From NCBI RefSeq assembly GCF_009914755.1, contig NC_060925.1: a DNA stretch of 64,000 bases, one strand, 5' to 3'. Positions 1 through 15,139 of this stretch are shown one piece after another. This stretch comes from the human T2T-CHM13v2.0 reference genome, Homo sapiens. The number at the start of each line of letters is the position of its first letter. Within the stretch, counting starts at the first letter, position 1. A program made the position numbers and the translations under genes. Under the pieces are notes generated by a model. That model was not told where the DNA came from. It saw only the letters and a list, made by a program, of their open reading frames with translations, and made no database searches.

Positions 1-450
1 ACCAGATAATATGTGGTCTTCTGTGACTGACTTCTTTTACTTAGCATAATGTTTTCAAGGTTCACCAAGGTTGCAGCACGTGTTAGTACTTCATTCCTTC
101 TTATGGCCAAATGTTCCATTGTAGGAATAGACCATATTTCACTCACTCATTCTTCAGGTGATTTACTTTGGGGTTGGTTCTGCTTTTTGGCTATTAAGAA
201 TGTTGCTGCAGTGAACATTCATGTGACAGTTTTTCTGTGGACATAGATCTTCTTGGATATATAGCTAGGAGGGAACTGGGTCATATGACAACTCAAGAGT
301 TCACATTTTGAGGAACTGCCAAACTATTTTCCAAAGTAGCTGCATGATTTCACATCCCCACCAGCCACACATAAGGATTCCAGTTTCCCCACATCCTTGT
401 CGGCACTTGGCACCGTCTTTTTAAAATTTTAGCCACTCTACTGGGTGTGA
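1..450 (-). mobile_element. Old L1 (L1MB/L1MC-like) 3' region fragment
   Basis: Antisense L1 3' motifs: ttagcataatgttttcaaggttcacc, tgaggaactgccaaact, ccagtttccccacatcctt. Confidence 0.8.
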
Positions 451-709
451 ATGTAAATGAATTCTTTGAAGGAACAACCATCCCTCTGATCACAAATCCT
501 GGCAGAGTTAGGTGTCAGAGTCCCAAGAGGATGGGGATGGGCACAGGGGGATTCTGATGGGAAGTGAAAGACGTGTATTCTTGGGTTTGGGTGGAAGGAG
601 ACCCCAAAATGGTCTTTGTCCACATCCAAATATTGCAGAAAAGTAGGAGGAAGAACCCAAAGTTCTAGCTTTTCATTTAAACACTTCCTCTAAAAGGGAG
701 AAGCGATGA

Positions 710-1190
710 TGTGTTAGAGTTCTCCAGAGAAACAGAACCAGAAGGATATATATATCTACATATATATATGTAGATATATGATTTATTATGATGAATTGGC
801 TCACATGATTGTGAAGGCTGAGAAATCCCAAGATCTGCTGTCTGTAAGCTGGAGACCCAGGAAAGCCAGTGGTTTGATTGAGTCCAAGTCCAAAGGTCTG
901 AGAGCCAGGGGTGTTGACATAAATCCCAGTCTGAGAGCAGGAGAAGATATGAGACGTCCCAGCTCAACAGTCGGGGACGGGAAAAGGGGCAAATTACTCC
1001 TTCCACCTTTTGCTCTATCCAGGTCCTTAATGGATTGGACGATGCCACCCATAGTGAGGAGGGCCATCTACTGAGTCCGCAGACTCAAATGTGAATCTCA
1101 TCTGGAAACACCCTCACAGATACACCCAGAAATAACGTTTAATCTGGGTATCCTGGGGTCAACTCAAGTTGACACATACAATTAACCATC
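710..1190 (-). mobile_element. MLT2B-like ERVL solo LTR
   Basis: Starts tgtgttagagttctccagagaaacagaacc and ends caagttgacacatacaattaaccatc, the reverse complement of MLT2 termini. Confidence 0.85.
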
Positions 1191-1849
1191 CGCTCTTTGG
1201 AGGACAGTTATCTAGAAAGTAAACAAAGTAGACTCCCAGTGAGGTGAAATCCATGCATTCAACTCATCAACACTGGCTGGTCCCCTAGTCTGGGCAGACA
1301 GAGATGAATTTCACACAGGCCTTGCTAATGGGGGACTCACAGGGGGTGGTGATGGCTGGGGGAGGTGGGGAGAGTAGATGGAGGAGAAAGTGAACAATTT
1401 CAGGGAATGAAGAGTGTGGAGGCCAATCCTGGGTGCATTGAGAGCATAGCAGTGGGACCTCAAATCCAGCCTGGGGCATCCGGGAAAGCTTCCTGGAGGA
1501 GGAGGGGACACAGGGGACTCTTGCAGATCCCAATGAGGTCTCCCCACCTAACCTCCGCATTAGGCTTTAGAAAGATTCATGAAGGGAAGAGAGGTCTTCT
1601 TAGTATTGCAAGTAGCCTGGAATCAAAATGAAAATGACATCCATCAGTGGACTACTTTTCAGCTTCATCAGATATTCCCACACATAATTCCATCCCATTC
1701 TTCCAACGGGCTTTAAGGTGGGCAGGGCAGGTCTAATGTCTGTTCTGCACTGATGTAGCTCAGTGAACTGGGTGACTCTTCCAGGTCACACCTACTCAGC
1801 ATCAACCTGGACCCAAGCCAGCCCTTGCCTCCAAGACCATACAGGCACC

Positions 1850-2035
1850 CTTTACTGAGCATTGTGATGTGCCAGGTATTTTCTCCACATCCCCTCTCAT
1901 CTCACAACCCAGCAGTATGAGTATCTCAATAGCTGTTTCATAGATGAAAAATGTGAGGCTCAGAGACATTCGATGATTTGGCCAGGGTCACATAGCTGGT
2001 AGATGTGGGCCAGGTATTGGACGCAAGACTTTCAG
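1850..2035 (-). mobile_element. MIR SINE
   Basis: MIR core tagatgaaaaatgtgaggctcagaga...gccagggtcacatagctggt. Confidence 0.75.
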
Positions 2036-3949
2036 GGGCCCAAGGCCAAGATGTCCTACTCACCCATCCTTGCCCCTCGCTGCACCCTTTACCACTGTTT
2101 TAGCAATTCCTGATGATCTCAGGCCACCTTGCAAGTGGAAACGTTATAACAGAGGTCAATCCCTGACTCCCAGGGTACAGCAGTCAGCTCCTAGGCTTTT
2201 GCTTTGCCCAGATTTGTACCCATACAAGACACACAAGTTTAAAAGGTGTTGGAGCACCAGCCCCAGGTTAATCTCAGCTCTGCTCCATACTGGCTGTGAC
2301 CTTGGGCTGGTCACTGGCCTCAGCTTGGTTCCTTGTTTGTACAAGGGGATGGTAGTCACTTCCACCTTCCTATGTTTCAGTGAGGATACAAATTACCTAC
2401 TACTGGGTCTCTTTAGGGTAAGTAAACTTACCTGTTTCTGGGATCACCTGGTCCTATTGTTAAAAGAGAGATTCTTGGTTTCCACTGCAGCAGGTGTTGA
2501 ATCAGAATGGGGTTCAGGTTGTTGTATTGTCAACAAGCTCGGCATGTCCCACCAAGTTGAATGCCCGCTGTTTGAGGATTATGGCCATGGCAATGATTGA
2601 AAATAGCATTCCAGCCTCCACCAGAACAACAAATCGAGGTTGCCAGAGGCTCTGGAGTTTGCATTCAGCAGCGTCTCTGGTGACTCTTTAGAACGTTGCA
2701 CTGGGCAGTGGCAGTGCAGGAAAGGGGAGACTGACTCCGGCAACGCCCACCTTCCAGGTGCCTCACAGAGCCTGCTGAACCTGATCACCTGTCTTCAGTG
2801 GAGAAACAGGACAGCGGTACTGAGACAGGGATCAGGAAACAGGGAGCCCCCATAGACCTCTGTGGCAGCAGCACGCAGAATGTGGACAGTCTCGACTTCC
2901 TTGGGGCAGGTTAGAGGGAACCCAGTGGGGACTGCAATGGAGGATCCAGCACTTCAGTAAGGTCTGGGATTTAGCAACCTGCTGAGTGACCAGGACTGTA
3001 CGTGTGTCCACCAAGGGAACGTGAGGAGGCCACACATACAGCTCACCAAACACATCAGCCGTGGCTGGGACAGAGTCTTCTTGGGTACCGCAGGTAGGAG
3101 CGGGGCAGAGGAGGGACCCGGCAGCTCACCTGGGGCTGTGATGCCACCTCCCACCAGCAGATGGGGTCCTCCCTCAAGTCCAGGCTCCAGGACATCCGGC
3201 TTTTGCCCAGGCCGGGGTAGGTCAAGTAGGTGAGCCGAGTGCTCCTGGTTAAGGCTGAAGTTACAAGGAGCCCTTGGAGCCACAGAGCTGCTCAGCTGAG
3301 GGGTTGGAAAGCAGTCCCTGAGCTCCCTACTCCAAAGAGGCAGGCTTGAGGTCCCACTCTGGCGTGAGGTAAGGGGAGAGATGCAGTGATGTGAGGTGGG
3401 GTGCCCAGCTGAGGGTGAGAGTCTGCTGGGCTGGAGGACCAGAAACTCAAACCGTCCTGACAGTTTTGCTGGCCATGGCTCAGCTGAGAAGACAGAACTG
3501 CCGACCCCCAGCTCTAGGAAGCCCGTGCCCAAGACGAGAGCCTGGCCTGGAGTTTCCCCCTCATTACAATAGGCTGGTGGGGAGGGGGCAGGGGGCCAAC
3601 CCATAGCAAACGAAACCTTCAGCTGGTCCCCGATGGGCTGAGTGCAGAGTAAAGCTGTCCCATGCCCTCCTATCCTTCCTGCTAGTCCAGAGCAGGTCAG
3701 ACAGGGAGGGCGAGTTTGCTGAGAGGGTGAGGCTGGTCATGTGACTCAGTCATCAGGTGGCTTCTATGCAGGGTTTGGGAGAGGGGACTGAGGGCCAGTA
3801 AGAGTCAGCATGTAGACAGATCTGAGATTGAGGATCTCCTTGCGTTTCACACCGTGACCACCTTACTTGTCTGCCCCTAGTTCTGGTCCTGGCAGCTTAG
3901 GATGCTGTGTGTGTCTTTGGACTGTGTGCACATCTCTGAATCCAATCAA

Positions 3950-4410
3950 GTCATTCTAAAAATGCTCCAAAGTCTTCCCATGCACTTAGAATAGAATTCA
4001 ACTCCCCTTTCTGGTTTAGATGCCCCCCAGCCTCACCCTGCACCCTTCCCCACACGCCCATTGCCCTCTTCATTGCAGCCACAGTAGTCGTCTTTCTGAT
4101 CCTGGGCTACATAAGCTCTCTTCTGCCACAGGGCCTTTACACAAACTAATTCCTCTGCCTGCAATGACTTTCTCTGCTTAGTCACGTGGATCTCTTCTCA
4201 GCATCCTTCCCTGAACACTTAGTCCAAAGTAGCTCATCATCTCTCATTTGGGCCTGTTGGTTTATTCTTCCCACTTATCATTACCTGAGAATTTCTAGTC
4301 TCCCGGCTTCTCCTGAATGTCATTCCTATGAGAGCAGAGGGACCACATCTGTCTTGTTCAATGCTGTATCCGGTGCCAATGACAGCACCCAGCACCTGTC
4401 AGTGGGGACC
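3950..4410 (+). mobile_element. L2 3' fragment
   Basis: cagggcctttacaca...cctctgcctg and atgagagcagagggacc...tgtcttgttcaatgctgtatcc. Confidence 0.7.
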
Positions 4411-4675
4411 TACCTGTTAGTAGGTCCTCGGGATTCATTATGGGGCACATTGGGAGTCTTCCGTCAGAGAAATCGACCTCGGAGGAGACCTTGCTGACTC
4501 AGGGATCCAGTGCAGTTACGTGAAAATAGCTGATTTGCAGCTTCCAGGCTGGGCAGAGCACTTTGCTCAATTCTCAACCATGGCCTGCTTCTCTGTGTGG
4601 GTCTCTCTTGTCCACCTTCAGGACCAGGGGGAAAAATGAGGAAAATTTTGTTTTAAACATCACAGGTAGGGTAAG

Positions 4676-4842
4676 GGATGCCCATTTCCATTTGAATTTC
4701 AGATAACAAACAGATTTTAAAGTACAAATATGTCCCCAATATTGTATGGGACATATGTATGCTTAAAAAAAAAAAGTTGTTTATTTGAAATTCAAATGGA
4801 ACTGAGAATTCCGTTCTGTTATTTGCTAAATCTGGCAACCCT
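4676..4842. mobile_element. MER53 palindromic hAT MITE
   Basis: Inverted arms atttgaatttcagata / tatttgaaattcaaat and atatgtccc / gggacatat; terminus aaatctggcaaccct. Confidence 0.85.
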
Positions 4843-5617
4843 ATTCAGAGGGCCAGGCCTCTCTAAGATGCCCTTCTCTTCTTGGTCATCTTGAGGGGTT
4901 CCAGCTGGTCACTCTGAAAGCTCTCAGCCAGCCCTGGCCCTCTGCCCGGCAGTCAGGAAGCGGCTTCCTCTGCTCTTAACAGCAGCTCATGCCTTGGATG
5001 CGGAGGTCGCCAAATGTCAAGTGGGGTCCTGAGGACTCTAAAGAGTGTTCAAGTGGCTCTCGACTCCTGCCTACATCTTGGGATTGTGGCTCTGATCTTT
5101 AATTGATTCATAAAATAAAAAAAATGTTTAAATAAGCAAACTCCCTTTCTTGCCATCAGATGTGAAAGATTGCATGACAGAAAGGCAAACAAGTGACTGA
5201 TTTTGGCATCGACTGGTAGGATTTTCAAACTAACATCATTCTTGGGCATCTGCAGCTCTAGGTCCCCTGCCCCTTCCCAGGGCCATGCTGGGTGAGCACT
5301 TCCAAACCAGATGTTGTGGAAATTTGGGCACTAGTGTGGTCCATATATGTCTGTCTTACCCAAGTGCTATTAGGTTCTACCAGCAGAAGGCTGAGGCTGA
5401 GAGTGGAGGGAAGGCAGGGGCCTGGCACACACCAATGCCCACCTTGAAGCCCAAGACAAGGAGGCCTCCACTATGAGCCATCTCTCCCTCTGTGACCTCT
5501 TAGGCCTGGGGTGTGCCCTAAGGAGCTCATAGCATGTGTGTCCTACCTCAGCACTGAGGCATGGGGAAATTCTTGCGTGTGATTGCTTAAACACAAAACT
5601 TTCTATTTTCTAGTTAG

Positions 5618-6004
<387 letters not shown>

Positions 6005-6044
6005 TGATCCCTTAGGTTTTTATGATATAAATATTAGCAACTGG

Positions 6045-6200
6045 CTGTGACATCAACCTGCTGTGTGACCTCAAGAAGTTGTTGAACCTCCTCGTGCCTC
6101 AGTTTTCTCATCTATAAAGTGGGCATGATCATAGTTCCTTCCTCACAGGGTTATCAAGAAAATTGTTCGTTACATCAAAACACTTAGTGCCTGGCTTTGG
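6045..6200 (+). mobile_element. MIR SINE
   Basis: ctgtgtgacctcaagaagttg...gcctcagttttctcatctataaagtggg. Confidence 0.75.
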
Positions 6201-7906
6201 ATGTGAACTGTAAGCGTTAGGTATGATGTTAATCACGCTGGACTTTTAAACTTCAAGATGATTATTACTTCTACATTACCTTTAATGATGATGTTTGTAG
6301 GGGTACATAATATAGGCAGAATTTAGGTTACTTCTGTTTTCACACAGACACTGACAGTTTGGTACATATTTGCTCACACTATGATTATTTGCTGAGGGAG
6401 TGGCATGACCATGTCGAGAGGCAGTGATAGATCAGTCTTATTGGATACACACCATGTGCCTTGCACTGGAAGTGTTTGCCTTAGGGAACCCTCTTGGAGG
6501 TGGGCTCCATTGGTGCTCCTATATTTGTGGAGGAGGAAACAGGCTTAAAGGGGTTGACCTCCCCTGAGGTCACAAATGGTGGAGCGAGCCACTGGTCTGG
6601 TTCTTGAAGGTGGAAGATGCCCCATGCTCAAATCCCAGTGGAGCATCCGCCAATGGCTGCAGCTGTCTGTGATCCAAGGCTCTTCCCTGGCCACCTAAGG
6701 CTCTGTGGTTTGCTTGATAACACTCCAGTTTCATCTCCTCTAAATTAGGGGACACTGCAAGGCTCCTGCTGGGAGAGGAGGGTAGGAGAAACTTGGAGAG
6801 TGTCCAAGAGCAAGGCCCTCCTGGCACAGGTAGGGATCCAGGTGCAAACCAGCTACCCTGAGGCCTGCTTGGCTGGGTTCCACTGTCTTGCGGAAATTAC
6901 ATTTTTACCAACGTGCCCTTTGTCTTCTGGGTACAGCCACGTGGAAGAGAGGCATGGGAAGGATTTGTATGCAGAGAGCAAGCATGGGCAATCTTTTCCC
7001 TTCTGGGTTGTTTGTTTGTGTTGTATTTAGATCTTTAACGGTGCACACCTAATATGAAACCAAAAAGCCTGATTTCTATGACAAGGTGCTGCCCACTGTG
7101 TCATCCTGAAGCCATGGACTTGAGGGAGAGGCTGTTGTCCAAGCAGAACAGAGGTAGAGATGATGCTGGGTGACTCAACTGGGGGCTGTGCCCACCATTC
7201 CCCATTCATTGTGCTGGGAAAGGGCCAATCATTTCTTAACATGGGCCTCCCGAGCCAGGCATTCTAGGTGGGCTTATCTGGCACCAGCTCCATGTACATC
7301 TGTTCTGCAGAGACCCTGCTGCTCCTGAAGGTCAAACCTAAATCTTGTGGCACAGCATCCCTGTGAAGGCACCTGCAGGGAGCAGGATCCTCAGGCAGGA
7401 GGAATGTGAAGAAGGGAGGGAGTGGCAGAAGGTGCCATCAGTGCTGCTGAAAAGCTGTACCTTGGATGGCCAGGGTCAGCTTTGTTTGCTTATTGTAGCT
7501 TCCCCTACACTGCCCTTTCCAAAATCATACACCTACTCACTGCTTCTGGTGGGATCTTTTCCGTGCGTGTGCAAGTTGGGAACAGGTATGTGCTCCACGC
7601 TGCACCTGCTGAGCCAGTGGTTGGGAGGGGACTCTAGTTTGACCTTTCCTGTCAACTAGATGGGGCCTGAGCTGGGTACAGCTCCTCGGGGCCTCCATCC
7701 CCTCTTCTTGACATGAGGCCTGTTCTCTGGTATGTCTCTGTCTCTTATGATCACCTTCCCTCCCTGGGTCCCCAGTGGATGCTGTCGGTCCATGCAGGAG
7801 CAGCCCCAGTGCGCAGCCCTTTTCCTTAAAAGCAGGAAGATCCTTTTAACCTGGAGAATGTGAGGTTGTGTGAACAGGAAGAGAGGGGGTGGGAAGGGCA
7901 ATATGA

Positions 7907-8398
<492 letters not shown>

Positions 8399-8663
8399 TG
8401 ATGGCCCCATTGAGCTTTTCCATCCTTTCCGTGTCACACTGAGGTCAGCACTATTGTACGGCCCACCTGTGACGTGGGAGGACAAAGGTTCAGAGCCAGT
8501 CCCTTGCTGGCTGCAGGATGCTGGGTGGAAGTGGGGGCTGAATGCAGGGTCCTTGGGTCTGTCTGCAGCAGTGAGGAGGGCTCAAACAGCAGCTTTGCAT
8601 TTCTTTTCAGCCTTTCATGTTTTGCCAATTTTTCCTAAATTGGGCTCATTTAGCATAACGTTT

Positions 8664-9134
8664 TGTGAACCTCAAAAGTCTGTAACAGGTCTCAGTCAAT
8701 TTAGGAAGTTTATTTCGCCAAAGTTAAGGACGTGTACCCATGACACAATCTCAGGAGGTCCTGACGACACATGCCCAAGGTAGTCCGGGCACAGCTTGGT
8801 TTTGTACATTTTAGGGAGACATGAGACATCAATCAATATATGTAAGATGAAATTGGTTTTGTCCAGAAAGGTGAGACAACTCAAAGCAAAAGCAGGACAA
8901 CTTGAAGTGGGGAGCGGGCTTCCAGGTCATAGGTAGATAAGAGACAAATGGTTGTATTCTTTTAAGTTTCTGAATAGCGGTTCCAAAAGAGGCAATCAGA
9001 TACGCATTTATCTCAGCTAGCAGAGAGATGACTTTGAATAGAATGAGAGGCAGGTTTGCCCTAAGCAATTCCCAGCTTGACTTTTCCCTTTACATTGATG
9101 ATTTGGGGGCCCCAGGATTTATTTTTCTTTTGCA
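8664..9134 (-). mobile_element. MER4A-like ERV1 solo LTR
   Basis: TG...CA termini; exact 4-bp TSD GTTT at 8660-8663 and 9135-9138; MER4-type body caggtctcagtcaatttaggaagtttattt. Confidence 0.85.
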
Positions 9135-9918
9135 GTTTGTTGCAAATGTTTTATATCTGGGATGCATTCAACCCTATGAAAAGTGAAAGGACCTCTTGTG
9201 TAAAGGTGTGCTTGCATTCTCCGTACAGACAAATGACAAGAGCTGGATGATTGCTTTGGGGGTTAGGACGGGGACGTGAGAGAGTCTCTTCTGAATCCAG
9301 GAGGACACTTGTGGACTGGGAAAACTGTTCTTCCCATGTTCACAGCAGGAGACTGTGTCCTGGACCATCCTCCCCAGACCTTGGTAGACCTGAAGAGTCC
9401 CCTGTAGATTTAAGAACCCTTGAAACTTGCCAGAGCAAGCTGGGTGACCCCCACTCTAGAAGAGCGCTCTCCTGGAATCTCATCTGTTTGGAAGGTGGTA
9501 GCACCACATAGGCTGCTGGACAAGAGACACACGCAGCCAGCCACCCTCTGACACTGCCCATGTGGACCAAAGTGACTGATTTGTGCTTGCACCTGCTCGT
9601 CACCCCTGTTGGAAGCAGCTGTATCCCTTGCAGGTGAGGGTAGAGGTTCAGGGAGATTTGACAGTGATGGCAGAGGTGTGTTCTCTGCTGATGGAGCTGC
9701 CGCCACACCATAATCCCCAGTCCTGCCCCTACTGAAAGAGTGCTTATGCTCAGTGCTGGTTCCAGGCTTCCTGTTTGTCCCCTGCTGCACTCTGTAATGT
9801 GCTGGGCATAGGTAGGCAGCGACCTGCAATGGATGGTCGGCGCAGCTGAATGAAACGATCTGTTCTATCGGTACAAGAAGATCATCTGATGTTTTAGTGG
9901 ACAACTTGTGTACTGGGG

Positions 9919-10276
9919 TGTACTAGTCTGCTCTGATCACCATAGTGAAATACCTTGGAGTTCTGGAAGCCTAAAATGAAAGTGTCAGAAGGCATGGTCT
10001 CTCCTGAATCCTCTCTCTTTGGCTTGCAGATGGTTGCCTTCTCACTGTGTCCTGACATGGTTTTTCTTCTGTGTGAAGACACATCCTGGTGTCTCTCCCT
10101 CTTCTTGTGTGGGGAACCTGTCCTATTGGATTAAGACCCATCTATATAATCTCATTTAACCTTAATTACTTCTTTAGAGGCCCTATCTCCAAATATGATC
10201 ATATTCTGAGGTGTATTTGGGAGTTGGGATTTCAACAGATAAATTTGGAGGAGTGGGGCACGATTTAGTCTGAAAC
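9919..10276 (-). mobile_element. MLT1A-like MaLR LTR
   Basis: ctcatttaaccttaattac...ggccctatctccaaata...attctgaggt. Confidence 0.8.
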
Positions 10277-10439
10277 CTATGCAGGGAATTTGTCTTAGTC
10301 ATTGCTTACTTTACATCATCAAACGGTCCTCTCTACCCCCACTGCCAAGGGCACACTGCCATTCCTTGCTAGGTTCACTGGTTCTAAGTGAACCAATGGG
10401 CCCTGGAATTCAGGCGACTTATCTATAAACTGTCCTACT

Positions 10440-10608
10440 GCATAAGTATCAGTCAGGATGTGCTGATTACGCTGCTGTAACAAACAACAGAATCTTAGTT
10501 GCTGATGATAAACGCTTAGTTCTTGCTCATAATACATGTCAATTGTGGACTGACTAGGAATACTTTCTCCTACTTGCTAACTCCAGGATCTAGACAGACA
10601 AAGTAGCT
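10440..10608 (-). mobile_element. MLT1K-like LTR, left part (continues at 32988)
   Basis: agtcaggatg...tacgctgctgtaacaaacaac...tcttgctcataatacatgtc. Confidence 0.7.
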
Positions 10609-10826
10609 GTTTTTTTTTTTTTTTTAACATATTGTAAAAACAAACACAGGTACAGAAAACCACACAAAACAAATGTCTAGTTTGGTAAATTATAGAAACT
10701 CTCTTATAACTACCTCCAGATCAGGAAGGGAATGTTACCAGCTACTCATTCCCAATCACAGCTCCCACTTTCCCTCCAGAAGTAATTGCTGTCCTAACTT
10801 TCATGGGGATCACTTCGTTGTATTTG
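10609..10826 (-). mobile_element. Old L1ME-like 3' end
   Basis: Poly-T followed by L1ME-type 3'UTR (cctccagaagtaattgctgtcctaactttcatgg). Confidence 0.55.
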
Positions 10827-11222
10827 TTTAATTAAACTTTTTTTATTTTAGGATAATTGTAGATTTGCATGTAGTTGTAGGAAGTGTCTTACATTTCTTT
10901 GCCCATATGCTAATTGGATTGTTCACATCTAATTTAAGAAATAATACAGAGATTCTGTGTACCTTTGTCCAGCTTCCCCCAGTGGTAGCCATAATCCAAC
11001 ATTACAACCAGGATATTGACAGTGATAAGTCAAGATACATGACATTCCCATCACCACAAGGATCCCTCATATTGCCCTTTATGGCCACACTAACTTCCCT
11101 CCCACCCCACCTTCCCCTGAACCCCTGACAACCACTAATCAATTCCTCATTTCTATAATTTTGTCATTTCAAGAATGTCATATAAGTGGAATCATACAGT
11201 ATGTATCCTTTTGGGGTTTGGG

Positions 11223-11553
<331 letters not shown>

Positions 11554-12698
11554 TAACTCAGCATCATTCTCTGGGGATTCTTCCAGGTTGTGGTGTGTAT
11601 CAATAGTTTGTTCCTTTTTATTGCTGAGTAGTGTTTCATGTTACAGATGTTGCACAGTTTGTTTAGCCATTTACCTGTTGAAAGGCATTTATTTCCAGTT
11701 TTTGGCTATGATCAGTATCGCAGCACTATTCACAATAGTAAAGACATGAAATTAACCTAGATGCCCATCAATGGTGGACTGGATAACGCCCCCTCCCTCC
11801 CTCCTTTCTCTCCTTTCTCTCCCTCCCTCCCTTCCTCCCTTCCTCCCTTCCTTCCTTTATAGAAATTGCCAAACTGTTCCAGAGTGGTTGTACCATTTAA
11901 TGCTCCCATCAGCAATGTGCAAGTGATTCAGTTTCTCTGCACTCTTGACAGTACTTGGTGTTGGCACTAATTTTTTTTTTTTTGCCACTGTGGTTTTAAT
12001 TTGCAGTTCCTTCATGGCTAAGGGTACACATCTTTTCATGTGATTATTTGTCATCTGTATCTCCTTCTCAGTAAAATATCTGCTCATGTTTTTGCCCACG
12101 TTTTGATTGAATTGTTTTCTCACTGTTGGGTTTTGAGAATTCTTTATATAGTCTGCATATCAGTTGTTTGTTGGCTATGTGGTTTGTATATATATATGTT
12201 TCTAGTCTACAGCCTGTCTTTTTATCTTTTTAGCAGGGTTTTTCATAAAGCAAACATTTTGAATTTTGATGAAATCTGATTCATCAATTTATGCTTTTAT
12301 GGATCATGCGTTTGGTGTTGTCTATCAATTCCCCCAGCCCTAGGGTTTTCCTATTTTTTTCTACATGATTTATAGTTTTACATTTAAGCCTATGATCCAT
12401 GTTGAATTAATTTTGTGTAATGTGTAAGACTTAGGTCAAGGTTGTTTTTTTTTTTTTTTTAACCTATAAATATCCACTTACTCCAGCATCATTTGTCAAA
12501 AAGGCCATGTTTCCTCCATTGAAATGCTTTTGCATCTTGTCAAAAATCAGTTGGGCATATATGTGTGGGTGGGTCTATTTCTGTATTCCCTATCCTGTTT
12601 CATAGATTGTCTTTTCTTTTGCCTTCTTATGGCACTTGGAAATTGACTGTATGCCCATATCATGCAGTCTTAATTACCGTGGCTATAAAATAAGTCTT

Positions 12699-12837
12699 GT
12701 CCTTTCCTTTCCTTTCCTTTCCTTTTTCCTTCCTTCCTTCCTTCCCTTCCTTCCTTCCCTTTCCTTCCTTCCTTCCTTCCTTCCTTCCTTCCTTCCTCCC
12801 TTCCTTCCTTCCTTCCTTCTTTCCTTCCTTCTTTTCT

Positions 12838-12840
<3 letters not shown>
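12699..12840. repeat. (CCTT)n microsatellite derived from an Alu tail
   Basis: Tandem CCTT units occupying the poly-T position of the adjacent Alu. Confidence 0.95.
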
Positions 12841-13475
<635 letters not shown>

Positions 13476-14107
13476 TTAGGTTCAGGGATACATGTGCAAG
13501 TTTGTTATGCAGGTAAACTGTTTATCACAAGGGTCTGGTGAAACAGATAGTTTCATCATCTGGGTAATAAGCATAGCACTGGACGGGTATTTTTTCTGAT
13601 CCTCTCCCTCCTACCACCTTCTACCCTCAACTAGGCCCCAGCATCTGTTGTTCCCCTCCTAGTATCCATGTGGTCTCATTGTTTAGCTCCCACTTATAAG
13701 TGAGAAAATGCAGTATTGATTTTCTGTTCCTGTGTTAGTTCACTAAGGACAATGGCCTCCAGCTCTGTCTATGTTGCTGCAAAGAACATGATGTTGTTCT
13801 TTTCTATGGCTGCATAGAATTCCGTGGTGTATATGTACCACATTTTCTTTATCCAGTCTACTGTTAATGGGCATCTAGGTTAATTTCATGTCTTTGATAT
13901 TGTGAATAGTACTGCAATGAACACACAGGAGCATGAATCTTTATGGTAGAATGATTTATATTTCTTTGGGTATATACCCAATGATGGGATTGCTGGTTTA
14001 AATGGTAATTCTGTTTTAAGTTTTTTGAGGAATTGCCACACTGCTTTTTCACAATAGCTGAACTAATTTACACTCTTATCAGCCATGTATAAGTGTTCCC
14101 TTTTCTT

Positions 14108-14676
14108 TTTTTTTTTTGATGAGAAAATTGTCACATTTATTTACACACACATTATCTTGTGACTCTATCAATCCAGGTAAAAATAGAACTTTTGAAGCTA
14201 GTTAACACTTTAAATGATACTTTTAACAACTTAGTCCAAGAAACATTTATAATAACTATCATTTTTATTGGTTAAAATATATTGAAGGCCTTGCAGTGTT
14301 CCTAATGAACCTTATTCTCATGAATCTTTACAAAGACCATATGACATATGTAAGTCTATTCCCATTTTAGAGATGAGGAAACAGTTTCAATATGGTTTAG
14401 TACTTTGTCCAATAGACTCAGCAAATACATGGCACAGGGAATCTATATGCCATCTGACCTTTCTACTAAGTATTATGAAAGAAAGAGCTTCTTTCTTCAA
14501 GGAGATTGAGAGACTCCTCCATAGGCAATCACCCTTGCCTACATAAGGGGAGGTGACAGCAGGTAGCATTCCCTCACTCCCTCACTCATGGGGTGGCCCA
14601 TATTCACAAGGGCTTATGTATAACTAGGACCCCCAGGCTCAGTGGGAAGTCGCAGAATACTTGTTCCTTTTTTTTT
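14108..14676 (-). other. L1 3'-transduced foreign flank with its own poly(A) signal and tail
   Basis: Poly-T 14106-14117; AATAAA on the minus strand at 14136-14141; non-L1 sequence including a MIR remnant; enclosed with the L1PA piece by one 17-bp TSD. Confidence 0.85.
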
Positions 14677-15087
14677 GACTTGGAACCAACCCAAATGTCC
14701 AACAATGATAGACTGGATTAAGAAAATGTGGCACATATACACCATGGAATACTATGCAGCCATAAAAAATGATGAGTTCATGTCCTTTGTAGGGACATGG
14801 ATGAAATTGGAAATCATCATTCTCAGTAAAATATCGCAAGAACAAAAAACCAAATGCCGCATATTCTCACTCATAGGTGGGAACTGAACAATGAGAACAC
14901 ATGGACACAGGAAGGGGAACATCACACACCAGGGCCTGTTGTGGGGTTGGGGGAGGGGGCAGGGATAGCATTAGGAGATATACCTAATGCTAAATGACGA
15001 GTTAATGGGTGCAGCACACCAGCATGGCACATGTATACATATGTAACTAACCTGCACATTGTGCACATGTACCCTAAAACTTAAAGT

Positions 15088-15118
<31 letters not shown>

Positions 15119-15139
15119 TATATTAAAAAAAAGAAAAAA
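14677..15139 (+). mobile_element. Young L1PA2/L1PA3-like 3' end, inverted relative to the transduced tail
   Basis: Near-consensus 3'UTR tacctaatgctaaatgacgagttaatgggtgcagcac...cttaaagtataataa plus A-tail. Confidence 0.95.

Noticed and set aside
2954-3604. Longest ORF (216 aa, minus strand) and the nearby 176-aa ORF at 2070-2600
   Set aside because: No recognisable domain, low-information Pro/Ser/Leu-rich translation, and partial overlap with MIR-like sequence; consistent with chance ORFs
4491-4502. MARE/AP-1-like tgctgactcag, and tgactca at 3742
   Set aside because: Isolated short motifs expected by chance
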